From: Wallemia ichthyophaga EXF-994
Taxonomy: Eukaryota > Fungi > Basidiomycota
Direction: 5' to 3'
Length of the DNA: 32,000 nucleotides
Assembly (NCBI RefSeq): GCF_000400465.1
Contig: NW_008806289.1
Span: 30,001 to 62,000, forward strand
The notes beneath the pieces were generated by a model. That model was not told the origin of the DNA and did no database searches. It saw only the letters and a program-made list of their open reading frames with translations. The position numbers were made by a program, and so were the translations under genes. Of the stretch, positions 11,001-21,958 are shown piece by piece (within the stretch, counting starts at the first letter, position 1; the number at the start of each line of letters is the position of its first letter).

Positions 11001-14000
11001 AATGTTTGGCGCTGGTGCTGATAACTTGGTGTTTTCAATAAGTAAATCCAACACTACACTCCTAGACGCCTGACTGAGCTGGATATCTTGTGCATCTTCA
11101 CTCAACAATCCTTCTATACCATCCTCATCTGTTTCACTCTCGGGTGTGTCAACTTCGAGTAACTTCACAAATCCAGACAGAATTCTTAAACTTTCATCAC
11201 TCGAGTCAATGATTCCTGTCAATCTATTCATGCGACGCTTATAGTGATTAGTGAATCCATCGGCGGTGTTGAAATGTGGAGATTTGGCAAGCGCGCTGAT
11301 GATCTTAACGGCGAGGAGCGCCGTTTCTTCATCCATGGCGTTGACGTAGAGGGCTAGTTGAATGATGGTGTCGTGAGCGAATAAGAGCTGCTGGTCAATG
11401 GTGTTTAAAGACGATGGGAGGTCTATTCTGCCTACTCCAGGGATGATGTTGTTGTGTTGGGAGAGTAGCGGCAAAAGTACTTCCAGATACATTGCCTGTA
11501 TTGAGATAACGCGGTAAATAATACGCAAGCAACGCTGGATGCACTTAGCGTAGAGAGGTGTCTTGAATCTGTTATCTAACAGCGCGTCGATACCTATCAT
11601 TGAGTTAGATTGATATGAAAGATACTATTAAATAAACCAACCTGTTCCCACCAAATTGAACACTTCGCCGAGGATAGCTCCGCCGCTCAAAAATTGTGTA
11701 AGGATATTGAAGCCAGGATGCAGGACCAATGCACATAAACTAACATCGGACGGATTGGCAATAACCTCATTTACGCTGCCGACATTAATTACATTCTCTA
11801 CGAACAACTGCGACAAGTCATAAGTACTCAGGCACTTCTCGACAAAACACAGCGACGTTTCTGTTAATTTCCAACGTTCACCCAAATACTTGAAGCCGCG
11901 TTGAGGCAGCTTAAGCAAAATGCCATCTATGACATAGTTGATAAATGGCTGTATGCCCGGTTGGCGATGACTGGCACCCAGTCCGAGTGGAATAGTCTGA
12001 CTATCAATCTCCATTCCCTTGCGCAGAGTGAGAGACTTCGCAGGAGTGTGTATAAGATTATTGAGGAAATTTATGAAAGCTGCACTGATAGGGTAAGTGC
12101 CAGCAGGTGATTCAATCTCTTCCAACTCAAACATTAAGCCCTGGAGAGTTGGTTGTTTGACTTTAAGAGTTGGTAAAATCTGTGACTGTTCGAGCATTGA
12201 CCAGATCTTGCGTGCGTTCTCAGATGCAAGTGAAGCATTACTTTGACTCATTACGCTGGTTGAAATTGGAGCAGCAAATGCAGATAAGGTGTCGAAAAGC
12301 GATCCTTTCAGGTCGACAGGAATAGGGCATGTGAGGAAAGTGAAGAGAGTCTGGATAGGTTTGTATGTAGCGTTGTCGATCAGTGATGCTCTCGCTATCG
12401 TAGAGTAACCGACGACTTGCTTGAGAACGAACAAAAACGCTTTGAGTAGATTAATTTCTTCAGGTGGTATCTCACCCCTTGTATCACCCTGTTGACGGAG
12501 ATTGGTGGCGTAGAACTCTAATGCACCAAATAAGCTGTTCCATGAACACAAGTTGTTTTCATTGATATCGGGGTTACCGGAGAGGAATTCATAAACATAA
12601 GTAGCACACTGAGTACCCGAGGCTAAAGAACCGATCATCTCAAATAGCGAGTGAACCATTGATGGAGTACGTGCTTCTGCGGACCATTTTAAGAAGGAAA
12701 ACAACCTATAATCGTCATTGTCAACGACCCAAAATTTCAGGGCTGCTTCAGGCTCAGTGTTTCTATAGAGGAGGGCTATGAGGAAGTAAAGTTGAGCCAG
12801 ATCCTGTCTTGAGCTTGGTGGCTGGTCGACGAAGGAGCGAGATCTAGACGAAGACAGAACTAAATCTTCCTCTCTATGTTTGAGTTTGCGGAGGATGGGT
12901 GAGAGGGTGGTAATAAATTGTGTGATAAAAGTGTCATACTGGTAGAGAAGGTGCGGTTTGAAATCATCGTTGAGTGGAGTGTCTGATTCAGTGGAATTAA
13001 GGAGAATATGCTGGAGGTGAAGGAAAGCGTCATCGTTTATAGCCCCCAGTACAGCCTTTTCGACGTCGTCTTCTGTGATGGAGGTAGTTGTTGTGAGTTT
13101 AGGATTGGATTGGAATGAATTAACAATGAAAAGTGAGTACCTGAGGAGAATGACAGCTTTAAGGGGGTTGCTCGACCACTTTCCAGATTGGAGTGACCTG
13201 AAAGTGTTACTTAAGAAATTTACATCTTGAGAAACGTCATTGAATGCAGCTAACAGGGATGATAGAGAGTATGGTGTAATTGGGTCATCATTGTCTATCG
13301 TGGAAGTGTAAGTGAGGATGGAAGTGATATCAGATTGGTTGAGTGGGTGTGTATGAGCGAACAAGTATAGCAGGTGAGCTAGCTCTTGTCTAATTAGGCG
13401 AATGAACTGGTTACACTGGATGATGACGTTTTGATCGACATTATCGAGCTGTAAAGTGAAACTTTTGAGCTTTTTTAGTTCGCTAATAGTTGTACTGATA
13501 AAATTGTTGTCTAACAATTGAATGGAGAAGTTATTAAGAATATCCATCAAACCGGATTCTTTGACAGCTAAATCATTTGATCCACTCAAAATGAGTTGCA
13601 ACGCTCTAATCAAGTCCAATCTTTCATTGAAAAAGAGAATAAAGGCAGTTTCTAAGGGAGTAGATTGGAATCTGCTGCATCTTTGAATAGCGTGTTGTAA
13701 GAGAGATGAAGCGAAGTGATGGGATATGTTCAGACTAGAAGATAGCTGTAGACACTGCTGAATGAAATCGTTGTTTACTTTGTGAGGAACGCCTTGAATG
13801 AGAGTGCTGCCTAGAAGTGAGAAAGTGAGAATGGGATCAATTTACGCGTAAAAACCAACTAACCACTCTGCAACTGAGCTTTATCTGATTCTGTTGGAAT
13901 TGGCAGTTGCAGAGGATTGCTCAGGTTAAACTTGTTCAACTCCAAGTAAAAATCTTTCAAATTCGAAGAAACTGGGTGTAGAAACGTGGACAATAATAAG

Positions 14001-14056
14001 TTAATTAATTTTGTATAATTATTTGGCTTGAATGTGGTGTTTGTTGGGGGACTCAT
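8023..14056 (-). CDS. NUP192: Nuclear pore inner-ring scaffold Nup192/Nup205
   Basis: About 1900-aa helical-repeat protein assembled from ORFs 13859-14056, 11628-13619, 9201-11600 and 8023-8880 plus two small exons. Motifs include EEIESPAGTYPISAAFINFLNNL, GASHRQPGIQPFINYV, ERWKLTETSLCFVEKCL and SFLPPAAERYHQLL. Introns include 13811-13863, 11594-11641, 9398-9442 and 9189-9232. Confidence 0.88.
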
Positions 14057-14157
14057 GGGCGTATGAGATCAAGGAGGAAGACACGCATATGATAAGGTGA
14101 AACGAGAGATGTGGAGAGTTGAACAAGATAAATATAAAATACACCAACTAATACACC

Positions 14158-14614
14158 TCAAACAACCCTCAAATCGTCTGGTTTCATTAAACCCAAATTT
14201 AGTCGATAATAGACTACAGAGCCGTCTGACGAGGAAATGGCTAAATATTGTGGGTCATTGGAGTGATCAGTGGACGACATGATCTTATTCAGCCAGTCTA
14301 GACATAAATTTGAGTTTAAATGTACTGGAATTATCACAGTGTCTTTGTGCTCAAGCGGGGTGAGCGATATTGCGAATAAAAAGCATAAAACAAACCTTAT
14401 TGGACTTTCTACCGATCAACAATACATAATCATTCACCTCCTTGAACTCCACCTTGAACCAATTTTGCGATAAAGTTAGATCGTGATAGGTTTGTAACAA
14501 TGGCTGTATTAGCTTTGGGTATCTATCCGTGTATTGAGTGATAAATTTGTACTATTGAGCCTGTTAATGCAATTTTACACTTGCACTCCACCTCACACTC
14601 GGATTTAGATCCAT
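14158..14614 (-). CDS. SEN15: tRNA-splicing endonuclease subunit Sen15 (121 aa, 3 exons; absent from the ORF track)
   Basis: Exons 14614-14597, 14551-14396 and 14349-14158 give MDLNPSYKFITQYTDRYPKLIQPLLQTYHDLTLSQNWFKVEF..IGRKSNKHKDTVIIPV..QYLAISSSDGSVVYYRLNLGLMKP. The C-terminus matches the Sen15 LAI-x-x-x-D-x-S-x-VYY motif. Introns are 45 and 46 nt; the second has a GAG acceptor. Confidence 0.82.
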
Positions 14615-14637
14615 TCTACTCGCTAGTGCAAATCAAT

Positions 14638-15287
14638 ATGAAGGAAATCTGTAAGCATGATTATAGGCAAAGGCTTCAAAATTTGAAAACAAATCAGCAT
14701 TTATAACTTCAAATAAGAACAAGCTGTTGGAAGTCTCACAGATCTTATGTAATAGCGTTCCATTAATCAATAAAGACTTGGATTTACCCGAGTATCAAGG
14801 TGCATCTGTTGAAGAAATAGCAACACAAAAGTGTATCACAGCTAGGAATCATGTACAAGGACCAGTTCTAATTGAAGATACAGCGTTATGCTTTGATGGT
14901 CTAAACAACCTGCCAGGACCCTACATAAAGTGGTTCTTGGGTAGTTTGGGTTTGACTGGTCTCAATACTCTTTTACATGGTTTCAATAACAACAAAGCAC
15001 ATGCTGTCTGTACCTTTGCATACTCGCCCGATTCAAACACCGATCCTGTCATATTCCAGGGTAAAACCTATGGAAACATCGTGCAACCACGCGGTGATAC
15101 GGCTTTTGGCTGGGATCCTATCTTCCAGCCTGATGAAGGTGGTGGAAAGACGTAAGCAGAATGTCTCACTGAATTACGCCACACTAAATAACTCGACAGA
15201 TACGCAGAAATGACAAAAGAAGACAAAAACAAGATTAGTCATAGATATAGGGCGCTTCTAAAGCTTAAAGAATATTTGTTGAATTGA
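14638..15287 (+). CDS. HAM1: Inosine triphosphate pyrophosphatase (Ham1/ITPA)
   Basis: Introns 14651-14697 and 15152-15199. Gives MKEISFITSNKNKLLEV, DLPEYQG, IEDTALCFDGLNNLPGPYIKWF, FGWDPIFQP and YAEM..KNKISHRYRAL. Confidence 0.95.
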
Positions 15288-15300
15288 ACTTGATTCTTTG

Positions 15301-16079
15301 ATGGCTACATTGATAATTGTAGACTTGCAGGTGTGTTTGAGTGGCGTGGGTGGATAAGATTCGTATTCAAAATCCACACAGTACGACTTTATTGATGGCT
15401 CATTGGCTGTCGAGAAGGCTAACGAGATAATACCGAGTGTGTTTACGAGTTTGAGGGATAATGTAAATACTCATACCTCACAGCTATTCAGAAACTAATA
15501 AAACGCGGTGATTGGAGGGCTGTAATAGTTAGTAGAGTTAGTGAGGTTGCTATAATGTTATAATATCTTATGCCCTCACAGGACTGTCATCCACCCAAGC
15601 ACATATCATTCGCATCCACACACAACAAGCAGCCATTCAGTACTATTGCGTTGAATGGAACCCAGCAAGATTTATGGCCAGACCATTGTATTGTTGGGAG
15701 TAGAGGGTGTTTACTGCACAGCGCAATACAAGACACGCTTAGCAGCTCACAACTCAACATACACTACGTAGACAAAGGATGTGAGGTTGACAGAGATGCT
15801 TACTCTGCGTTCCAAGCCTCATCGCACGATGTTAAAGGGTTGGTTGAAGCTAGCACCACGGAATCGATATACGTATGTGGCTTGGCTGGGGATTATTGCG
15901 TGAAAGCGACGGCGATATCCGCTGCGCAATTGACACAGTATCCAGTAACGGTGATTGAGGATGCGACAGCGTCAGTGGACAAGCATTCAGGATGGAAAAG
16001 AGAGCTGGAAATGGGAGGAGTGAAAATTCTCACATCAAACCAAATATCAAAGGAAATGGCAAAGGAATCAACCAAATAA
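15301..16079 (+). CDS. PNC1: Nicotinamidase/pyrazinamidase
   Basis: Introns 15331-15381, 15437-15483 and 15537-15581. Gives LIIVDLQYDFIDGSLAV, RDCHP..HISFAS, LWPDHC, VDKG..DAYSAF and GLAGDYCVKATA. The Asp/Lys/Cys triad and metal ligands appear intact. Confidence 0.93.
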
Positions 16080-16107
16080 GTATCATGCATACAACGTTAC
16101 ACCCATC

Positions 16108-16665
16108 TTAAGCCTTGACGGCGAACTTACGACGGCCAAAGTGGACATCGCGCTTGTGTTGACGGGTGGTCTTTGCAGACTTCTCCTTTGGAGTGAGTTG
16201 GCGTCTGATAGCGCGAGTCTTCTTGTGGCGCATGTCGAGAGGGATACGCTTACCCTTGTAAGCCTCAGCGACGTGTTGGCGTTGCTTTTGGTTGATGACG
16301 GTGAGGACGCGAGCGACAGACTTGCGGACAGAGTGGCTGTGGGTGTTTAGAGGGATATACGCTGTAATCCCGTAGACTCACATCTTGGTCAACTTGCTTG
16401 CTGAGCCACCAGCGACCTTTGCGACTCTAAGTTGAACGAGCTCGCCCTTCAACTCGTGGAGCTGGTTGAGGAGGTCGGTCTGGGATATGTGAGTTGGTTT
16501 TATACGCCTAAACACTATTACACACCTTGTTCTTGTTTTGAAGCTCGTGAGCCTATCAATCGAGTTAGAAAATCTGCTGAGCAGCACGAGCCACACGCAC
16601 TTTGACTTGGACCTGCGTGGCGATATCGTTAGCCTGGGATTTATTTTATTTCTTCTGCGTACCAT
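16108..16665 (-). CDS. RPL35: 60S ribosomal protein L35 (uL29), 122 aa, 5 exons
   Basis: Exons 16665-16663, 16612-16601, 16552-16526, 16479-16382 and 16336-16108 give [87 protein letters not shown]. Confidence 0.96.
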
Positions 16666-16781
16666 CCTTATATGTTAAGTGTACGCTAGAAACCCACAAT
16701 ATCAGCCGGCGCCTTCTTCCCAACTTCAAATTTTGAAGATTTGAAATTTATAAAAATATTTGTATTTCATCTGTAATACAT

Positions 16782-19700
16782 CTACTTGTGCTGTTGCTCC
16801 AGCCTCAGCTTATACGCCAGCTTCTGGTCCACGCTTCCCAGTCTCGCCCCGTGTGCACCTCTCTCCGTCTCCTCACCGAGAAGCCAAGATACTTTGCACA
16901 CCCTGCCATCCCCATACACTAACGCAGGCTCTGAGCCATCGAATGCCTTTTCCCGCGAGTCTGTGCACTGAGTGTTGGCTGTAGGGGAGTTTAGCAGCAC
17001 CCAGCTATTAAATACCCACTCACGTCCACCTAACATCCCCCTAGCCTGTCTCGATAGCAGCTCGTCTAGCCCACGCTTGCAATCCCCGTGGACCACACTT
17101 TGGCACCCTTCAAGAAGTGATATCTGATGTGTGCTTAGTGGGTTTCAGGCTAGTATCTCTCAGCTCACCTGCAATTGAAAATCCTGCAGTATCTTGATCA
17201 ACGCCTCCTTCAACCCTGGTATCGACAAGCCATTCTTGATCCGGCGTATCAACCTCACTGGATCAATCTCCGGACCCACATTCTCGAGCAGTGCGCGAAT
17301 AAACAATGGCCTGCTCTCCGAATACACCAACACATCTTCCCATAAATCGTTGTCATTCTGCTCCTTAGCGAATGCTATGGCCTGGTTGGTTTGTGGGTAA
17401 GATCAATATTCTCTCAATAACTCCGCCAACTCACCCTCTTCACATCACCCAGTCTCTCTATTATCAAACTCAGCGCTAGCTTATTCGATCCCATCCGGCC
17501 GAGTATGAATACCATCTCATGTACGTAATCTCTCTTTTCGCATACTTGATATGCCTATAGTGTGGGTTTTTTAGTCGATGAATGCGCCAAAAACCCAACC
17601 CAGCTCACCTTTTCTAGATTATATCGCACACTCGTGCGCAAATACCCCTCCAGCTTATCGAGGTTATGTTCCGCATACAGCTCAACCATCGTATCGGCGT
17701 AAGGTTCCACGAGTGTGCTATCGACTTGATGCAGTGCATCCAGATAGAGGTACAGATATCTGCTCTCATGCTTCAGCTGCTCGACAACCGTGTTGATCTG
17801 GTAGGCAAGGAGGGTTAGATCAAGTGACACCCCACACATCCATATCTACCTGTATAGAGTACGTGTGATCAACCAGCATCTTTATTATAGTTCCTCTACC
17901 ATCCCCGGTCCATTGTGACTGCGATTGTGACTGTGGGTGCGTCTTTGACTGCGACAACGCCAGCCCTTCGTCGAAGCGGACCAGCTCGAGCGCTTGGTAT
18001 TGCGCATCTGTCCACAGACTGTATTGCTTTATCAGTTCAAACACCTCGTATTTTTCTAGCGAAAGATAGATTGGCACCACTTTGCCAGGTTGGCGGTTGT
18101 GCAGGTATCTAAGTGTGGTATGGTGTTAGAAGGGGGTTTAACACCTCGAGTGATACTATTACCACACTCACAATTCTGCTAGCGACTCAAGTAATTTGAT
18201 TTTCACGTAATGCTCACGCTCATGCTCGTGCTCATGTAGATTGTCCAACTCATTCTGCACTACCGTTATCATGCTGCTTACGTCGTAGATTGATGCAGGC
18301 CATTCTTTTATAGCTGTGTAAAAACCCTACCGTAGTACGTATTAGGGTATGTGAAACCGATTATTCTGTCTCACCTGTGTATTGGAATGCAGAAGGTGAT
18401 GGAGTATTAAAGCATACACTTGCTCGTCTAATTGAGGCTCCTTTTTGGGTATAACTGGTATAATTTGCTGTCAAATAAACCAATCAGCCAATTTATCTCC
18501 AAACACCCTCCCACTCACATCAAGTTTTTCATCATTCGCATAAGCGTAGAAGAAATCCTGCCAAGCGGCGACATTCTGTTTGAAAATATCTGGTGCTTTA
18601 GACGCAGCCTCATCATAGCAACCGTCTACCAGCAAAGACTGTAAATAAGTTTGACCAAGTTGATCGAGATTGAAAGGATGCTCGATGGTAAGTTTCGACG
18701 CTGCTTCGAGCGCCTCACCATGTTTTTTACCGTCGATCAACCAATTCACGTGATCTATCTCATCTCTAGCCTCCACCCTGACGACATCGCGTGGTGACAT
18801 GAAATAGAAACCGCTTTTGAGACCGTTGCGGGTAGGGAAAAGGGATGGCACTAATTTGTAGTCGTTGCAACCATACAGATAGAAGTTGTGTATTGGAAGT
18901 CTATCCTCTTCATCTTCCTCGCCATCCAACGAGAGTACTCTCAGCTCGGGTCTCTTAGATGCTCGTTTCCGCTGTGCATGCTTATCCTGCACGCTTTCAT
19001 CGTTGAGTAAGGCGCCATCAGGCTCGAGCCACGCCAGCACCAGCAGAGCCTTATCGAAAGGGAGGACGGATGAGATCATGGCGTCCATTTCGAATGAGGA
19101 GTGAATCTCAGCCTGGAGTTGAGGATGTTCGTATGCGTGCAAAGGAAGTAAGCGTCTAGACCTAATTTTAACCAATCGTATAATACTCCCCCAACCAATA
19201 ACGAGTGTGTGTTTATCGATGAAACTGAGTGAGACCCTCGAAACATCTGGTCGCGGGGACATATCGAGTTTAGGAATGAAAGCAACGAGTTTCATGTGTT
19301 GTATATCGTACAACCGCACTCCAGAGTCATTAGACCAGACTAACAAGTTGGAGTGCCAGATACAGTTATACACCGGCCCATCATCTTTGTCGAGGGGCTG
19401 CAAATCAGTCTGGCGATGACCCAGCCAGCCTTTCTCGTTGAGCGTGAGTCGGCCATTCATTCCGCCTGCTATGAACGCGCGCGATGAGTTTGTAGCGAAA
19501 TGTGGATCGAGTGCGACACAACGCATTGGCCGCTTGTTGTCAAAATAGTACCGTTCTGTAGCGTAGATAGAGGAGATGAATACCTGACCATCAACGCTTG
19601 CAGTTGCGATAAACGAGTGTCGCGTATCGAGTGAAATGTCCATTATTGAGGCTGAGTGTGGTTTGAATGCCTTTATGCGATGACCCGAGTGAGATAGCAA

Positions 19701-19919
19701 ATGGAGGTATCCGGAGTGGGTGCCGAGTGCCTTATATAAACGTTAAATCGTGCCGCGTGTGTACCTCACTTAACCCACAATAAACTCTTCGCAGCAGCGC
19801 AGAACGGAGGCAGTGTCCTTAAGCGTTGAGCTGGCTACATCAGCGCCGATCTTTGTATATTTGAATGGCGGCTCCTCGTCCAAGTCTATTGATCCCGATG
19901 TGATGCTCGTCGTGCTCAT
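16782..19919 (-). CDS. VPS41: HOPS subunit Vps41 (WD40 + clathrin-repeat region, degenerate C-terminal RING)
   Basis: Start MSTTSITSGSIDLDEEPPFKY..FIALGTHSG (intron 19731-19778). Also HSASIMDISL, IATASVDG, RPMRCVALDP, LVWSNDSGVRLYD, SPRDVV..RDEIDHVNWL and IKEWP..IYD. The C-terminal exons give LIKILQDFQLQISLLEGC. Confidence 0.92.
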
Positions 19920-19940
19920 CACGGTTTCTCAGTGACAGCC

Positions 19941-21774
19941 ATGAACTCGGGAAAATCTCGGAAAAGGATAAGCGTGCGCTTCAGTGGTGTTGACCAAGAC
20001 GATTTCCTGTCCTTCACTGAGCCAGCAACCCCGAATATCACTGAACAAGCGGAGCAACTCAAGAAGACATTCTCATTCGATACGCTCTATAAACTCAGCA
20101 ATGATACAAAACACCGCGATTCCCTACAGCGCAACGTTCTCAGCAGCGTCTGGAGACCCAAGAACCAGAAAGTAAGTGACGTCATATGCCATCCCCACTG
20201 ACTTATCATCCCCAACCATTTCACTTCCCTTGTCAGCCGAGGAGACCCGAAGATTTCGAAAGACTTATCGTTTTCGCTACAAGAGGCGCTGCACGTACTT
20301 TTATGCTCACTTTCGGTATGCGCTCGATGCTTAACGTCGTCCTCGCTTTGGTTTCGCTGGTGAAAGCGAGGAAGGTCACTGGAGCTCTTCTCCGCAAATC
20401 TCTACTCACTCTGGAGCCTATTCGCTTTGGTCTTCAGTTCGGCATGTGAGTCACAGTCCAAGACCATCGCATTACATTCTAAGACATGAAAGTTTCGTCT
20501 GGTTGTGGCGCTTTACGCACCACGCACTCAGGATGAAGGATGGCGAGCATAAACGTTGGCATGCCTGGGTCGCTGGTGCTGTCTCCTCGCTCGGCTCATT
20601 AGCGGAGACCCGCGGCAACAGATTGGCGCTAGGCCAGCAGCTCACTGTTCGGTGGGTTGTCGATATAGCTAGTCGCAAACTACCCTCTCACACCACATTC
20701 TAAGTGGTCTTCAGGGTATGTATAGATCGTGCAAGGCTCGGAACTGGATCAGTATCCCCCATGGTGAGTTTCTCATCTTCGGACTGGCATGTGGACAGAT
20801 CATGTATGCGTGGATCATGTCACCGGATACTATACCGAAAGCATACAATGATTGGTGGGTCTTTTTACCGAGAGCACGTTCCCACTTCTCACCAATGTCT
20901 GTGTCTAGGATACAACACGCTTCAAAAGTCCCCCCAGAGGCTATCCCAATGCACAGGCAGCTCGTCAGAACGGGCAGGTACGATGCACAGACGCCCCTAA
21001 CATCTTTGTCGCAGAGGGTTTGTGAAATGGGTGAGGCATCGACGCGGCTCACGCACAGAGCAGAACCCAACTCCGAAAAACCGACTTAGGTTGTTAAAAA
21101 TGGTCCAAAACGCGCGCAGTGAAAATGGTGAAAGTTTCGGTAACTTTAGCAATGTCAGTAACGCGCTACTTCCCTACATTCCACCAGCAGTCCTCAATCC
21201 GTGGATCGAGGGAATTTTCTCCATGGCCATTGAGCGCTTCTACATGATTTTTCTCGACATTCTACCCGTATACGCCTCGTTGCATTTCATACCCGCTCTT
21301 ACGTTCAAACGCAACCAATTCAAACAAGATCCCGGCGAAGCCGTACTTCGGACGACCATGTCTAGTTTCAGATCGTCTGCATTCCTTGCGACTTTCGTCG
21401 TTATCTACCATACCTGGTTCAGTGGTAAGCATGCAGTATACCGTAAACACAGAGAAAGACTTCCGGAGTGGCTGGCCAAGTTTCTTATCTCAAAGCAGTC
21501 GCTATGGTTTGGAGGTTTTCTCACATGCGCCTCGTTGGGTGTAGAAGAAAGCAAACGTCGCTCAGAACTCGCTATGTATGTTCTCCCTAAAGCTATGGAA
21601 AGCGCCTGGATGACTATGAGACGCAAGAAGTGGGTTCCGCATTTCCCTTTTGGTCCTGAATTGCTAGTCGCTTTCGGTACTGCTTCTCTCATGCAGGCTT
21701 ACACTCATGAATCGCCTCAAGTCATGTCTGGGCTGGTACACACACTAATCTATCAATTTATTGGGAATGTGTAA
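19941..21774 (+). CDS. TMEM135-family (peroxisomal-type) multi-pass membrane protein
   Basis: Multi-exon gene with RWHAWVAGAVS, GQQLTVR, PHGEFLIFGLACGQIMYAWIMSPDTIP, PVYASLHFIP, SFRSSAFLATFV and EESKRRSELAMYVLPKAMES. Intron 21018-21063 reconciles the two large ORFs. Confidence 0.75.
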
Positions 21775-21958
21775 TTCTAACGCTGTCCATTCAAGTCAAT
21801 TTACAGACGAACACGTGAAAGGCCTACGATTTTTCTTCCTTTTTGTACATATTTGTATATGTTGTAGAGTTACGATTACAAAACAGCATCTTAGTGGGGT
21901 TAGAGTGTGGTATTGGTAGATTCATTTGTCAGTTTGGATTGGATTGGGTTGAAGTGGT

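Noticed and set aside
14097-14473. Two short plus-strand ORFs between NUP192 and HAM1
   Set aside because: Explained as antisense shadows of the spliced SEN15 gene.
21018-21089. Apparent frameshift between TMEM135-like ORFs (possible pseudogene or programmed frameshift)
   Set aside because: A 46-nt GTTTGT..CAG intron at 21018-21063 joins the frames cleanly.
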